Of a stretch of 64,000 bases of DNA, positions 62,514 through 64,000 are shown one piece after another. The translations under genes were made by a program, and so were the position numbers. This DNA is from Desulfobacterales bacterium. GTDB taxonomy: Bacteria > Desulfobacterota > Desulfobacteria > Desulfobacterales > SKZT01. Location: positions 8,128 to 72,127 of the forward strand of contig JAGYNR010000001.1 of NCBI GenBank assembly GCA_018399715.1, given 5' to 3'. Under the pieces are notes generated by a model that was given only the letters and a program-made list of their open reading frames with translations, was not told the DNA's origin and made no database searches. Position 1 is the stretch's first letter. Every line of letters begins with the position of its first letter.

Positions 62514-63887
62514 ATGGTACCAAATCTATTGAAAGATCAAACTCAAATTATTTTGGACAGCATTGCTGACGGGGTTTTTACAGTGGACTTAAACTGGAAA
62601 ATAACCACTTTCAACCGCGCGGCGGAAAAAATTACCGGCATCAGCAAGCAAAAAGCGATCAACCGTCATTGTTGGGAAGTATTTAGTGCCAGCATCTGCG
62701 AACAATCCTGTGCGCTTGGGCGTACCATGGAATCCGGAGAACCCATTGTCGACCTGGCCATTTATATCGTAAATTCTAAAGGAGACCGAATTCCGGTTAG
62801 TATTTCTACTGCTCTGCTTAAAGATAAGACAGGTTTAGTAATCGGAGGAGTTGAGACGTTTCGGGATCTTAGTGTGGTTGAAGCTCTTAAAAAAGAATTA
62901 TCGAATCGACACACATTTCAGGACATTATCAGTAAAAACCGAAAAATGTTCCAGCTTTTTGAGATGGTTGAACTGCTTGCAGACAATGACAGTACCGTTC
63001 TGCTTGTCGGAGAAAGCGGTACCGGAAAGGAGCTGATGGCAAAGGCCATTCATTCAGTCGGACATCGCTTCAACGGACCGATGATAACAGTTAACTGCAG
63101 CGCTCTTCCTGATACGCTGCTTGAATCCGAACTCTTTGGATATAAGGCGGGTGCATTTACTGATGCCAAAAAAGACAAACCTGGCCGTCTGTCTCTGGCT
63201 CAGGGCGGCACTCTTTTTCTGGATGAAATCGGAGAGCTTCCGTCTTTGGTACAGGTTAAACTTCTGCGGGTGCTTCAGGAAAAATGCTATGAACCTCTCG
63301 GCGGACTTCATCCGGAAAAGGCTGATGTCCGAATTATTGCAGCAACAAATCAGAACCTGGAAGAGATGGTAAAAGCCGGAAAATTCAGGCGTGACCTTTA
63401 TTATCGCATCAATGTGGTTAAGCTTGCGCTTCCGCCGCTTAGGGAGCGAAAGGAAGATATTCCCCTTTTGATTGAACATTTCATCAAAAAATTTAATCGG
63501 TTGCAAGAAAAGGAAATTTGCCGTGTCTCACCTGAGACACTCGAAAGGTTAATGATCTATGATTTCCCTGGGAATATCAGGGAATTGGAAAACATTCTTG
63601 AATATGCCTCGATTGTCTGTAGAAACAGTATTATCCGGCTGGAACATTTACCCGAAAATATTCGAAACAATGACAGGACTTCAATATTATTTTCAAGATC
63701 ATCGGAAAGCCTTGTTAAAAAATCCGAAAAGGTTATATTGCATGAAGCTTTGGAAAACAATTGCTGGAACCGAAGCGCTACCGCAGCCCAGCTTGGCATT
63801 CATCCCTCAACGTTGTGGCGTAAAATAAAACGGTTTGGGATCAAAACACCGTTGCTCGACGGGCGTTCCCGGAAACAATGTCCTTAA
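62514..63887 (+). CDS. sigma-54-dependent transcriptional activator (PAS sensor, AAA+ domain, Fis-type HTH)
   Basis: PAS N-terminus, GESGTGKELMAKAIH, GAFTDA, the ESELFGY loop and the C-terminal AAQLGIHPSTLWRKIKRFGI. Confidence 0.85.
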   Translation: MVPNLLKDQTQIILDSIADGVFTVDLNWKITTFNRAAEKITGISKQKAINRHCWEVFSASICEQSCALGRTMESGEPIVDLAIYIVNSKGDRIPVSISTALLKDKTGLVIGGVETFRDLSVVEALKKELSNRHTFQDIISKNRKMFQLFEMVELLADNDSTVLLVGESGTGKELMAKAIHSVGHRFNGPMITVNCSALPDTLLESELFGYKAGAFTDAKKDKPGRLSLAQGGTLFLDEIGELPSLVQVKLLRVLQEKCYEPLGGLHPEKADVRIIAATNQNLEEMVKAGKFRRDLYYRINVVKLALPPLRERKEDIPLLIEHFIKKFNRLQEKEICRVSPETLERLMIYDFPGNIRELENILEYASIVCRNSIIRLEHLPENIRNNDRTSILFSRSSESLVKKSEKVILHEALENNCWNRSATAAQLGIHPSTLWRKIKRFGIKTPLLDGRSRKQCP

Positions 63888-64000
63888 AAGTCAACAATTT
63901 GTTTTTTATTTTGATGTTATGTTTATCCTCATATTCTTCTACCTAAACTGAAGCGATCTTTTAAAAATCATTCTGCCAAAATTTTTTATGATCCGTTTAG

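Overview
This 64 kb chromosomal window is about 42% GC by eye. Its gene content fits an anaerobic Desulfobacterota-like bacterium, though that attribution is inference only. I found no rRNA, tRNA or CRISPR array.

Gene order:
- 1-7.8 kb: envelope genes (two SLT lytic transglycosylases and several lipoproteins) and a pdaD-speB putrescine operon.
- 7.8-11.1 kb: a 1094-1110 aa fusion of an EndoQ-like PHP/Zn-finger nuclease to a UvrD/PcrA helicase.
- 11.4-19.0 kb: a decaying restriction/defence island with Type III res and mod, a COG2865 RecG-like regulator remnant and an SF1-helicase/DUF559-nuclease remnant. About 195 bp AT-rich imperfect direct repeats bracket it.
- 19.0-25.1 kb: an AT-rich strand-switch region with DnaA-box-like 9-mers, then a two-ORF rdgC-like pair, dnaN, gyrB and a short archaeal-type thymidylate-synthase-like gene. 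No dnaA or recF lies here.
- 25.1-28.0 kb: rhomboid, crotonase and metallophosphoesterase genes.
- 28.0-40.1 kb: a 10-gene same-strand envelope-stress/efflux cluster. In transcription order it reads ECF sigma, putative anti-sigma, Spy/CpxP-like, NodT, MacA, MacB ATPase, MacB permease, MFP, RND, TolC.
- 40.6-53.0 kb: usp, acs, cobO-cobU, a radical SAM gene and purF-carB-carA.
- 53.8-63.9 kb: a three-gene domain-split glutamate synthase, glnE and a PAS/sigma-54 activator.

Most unusual observations:
1. The EndoQ-UvrD fusion.
2. Three conserved genes each carry an in-frame nonsense codon: mod (TAA), the RecG-like gene (TAG) and the RND permease (TAA). A fourth gene is frameshifted.
3. The defence island sits between duplicated AT-rich segments beside a candidate oriC.
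4. rdgC is split into two ORFs.
5. Two MITE-like repeat families were recognised by eye. One has a core hairpin that shows a compensatory base-pair change between copies.
6. A 171-nt element closed by a perfect 17-bp stem sits in the cobO leader.

All homology calls come from motif recognition by eye. No searches were run.
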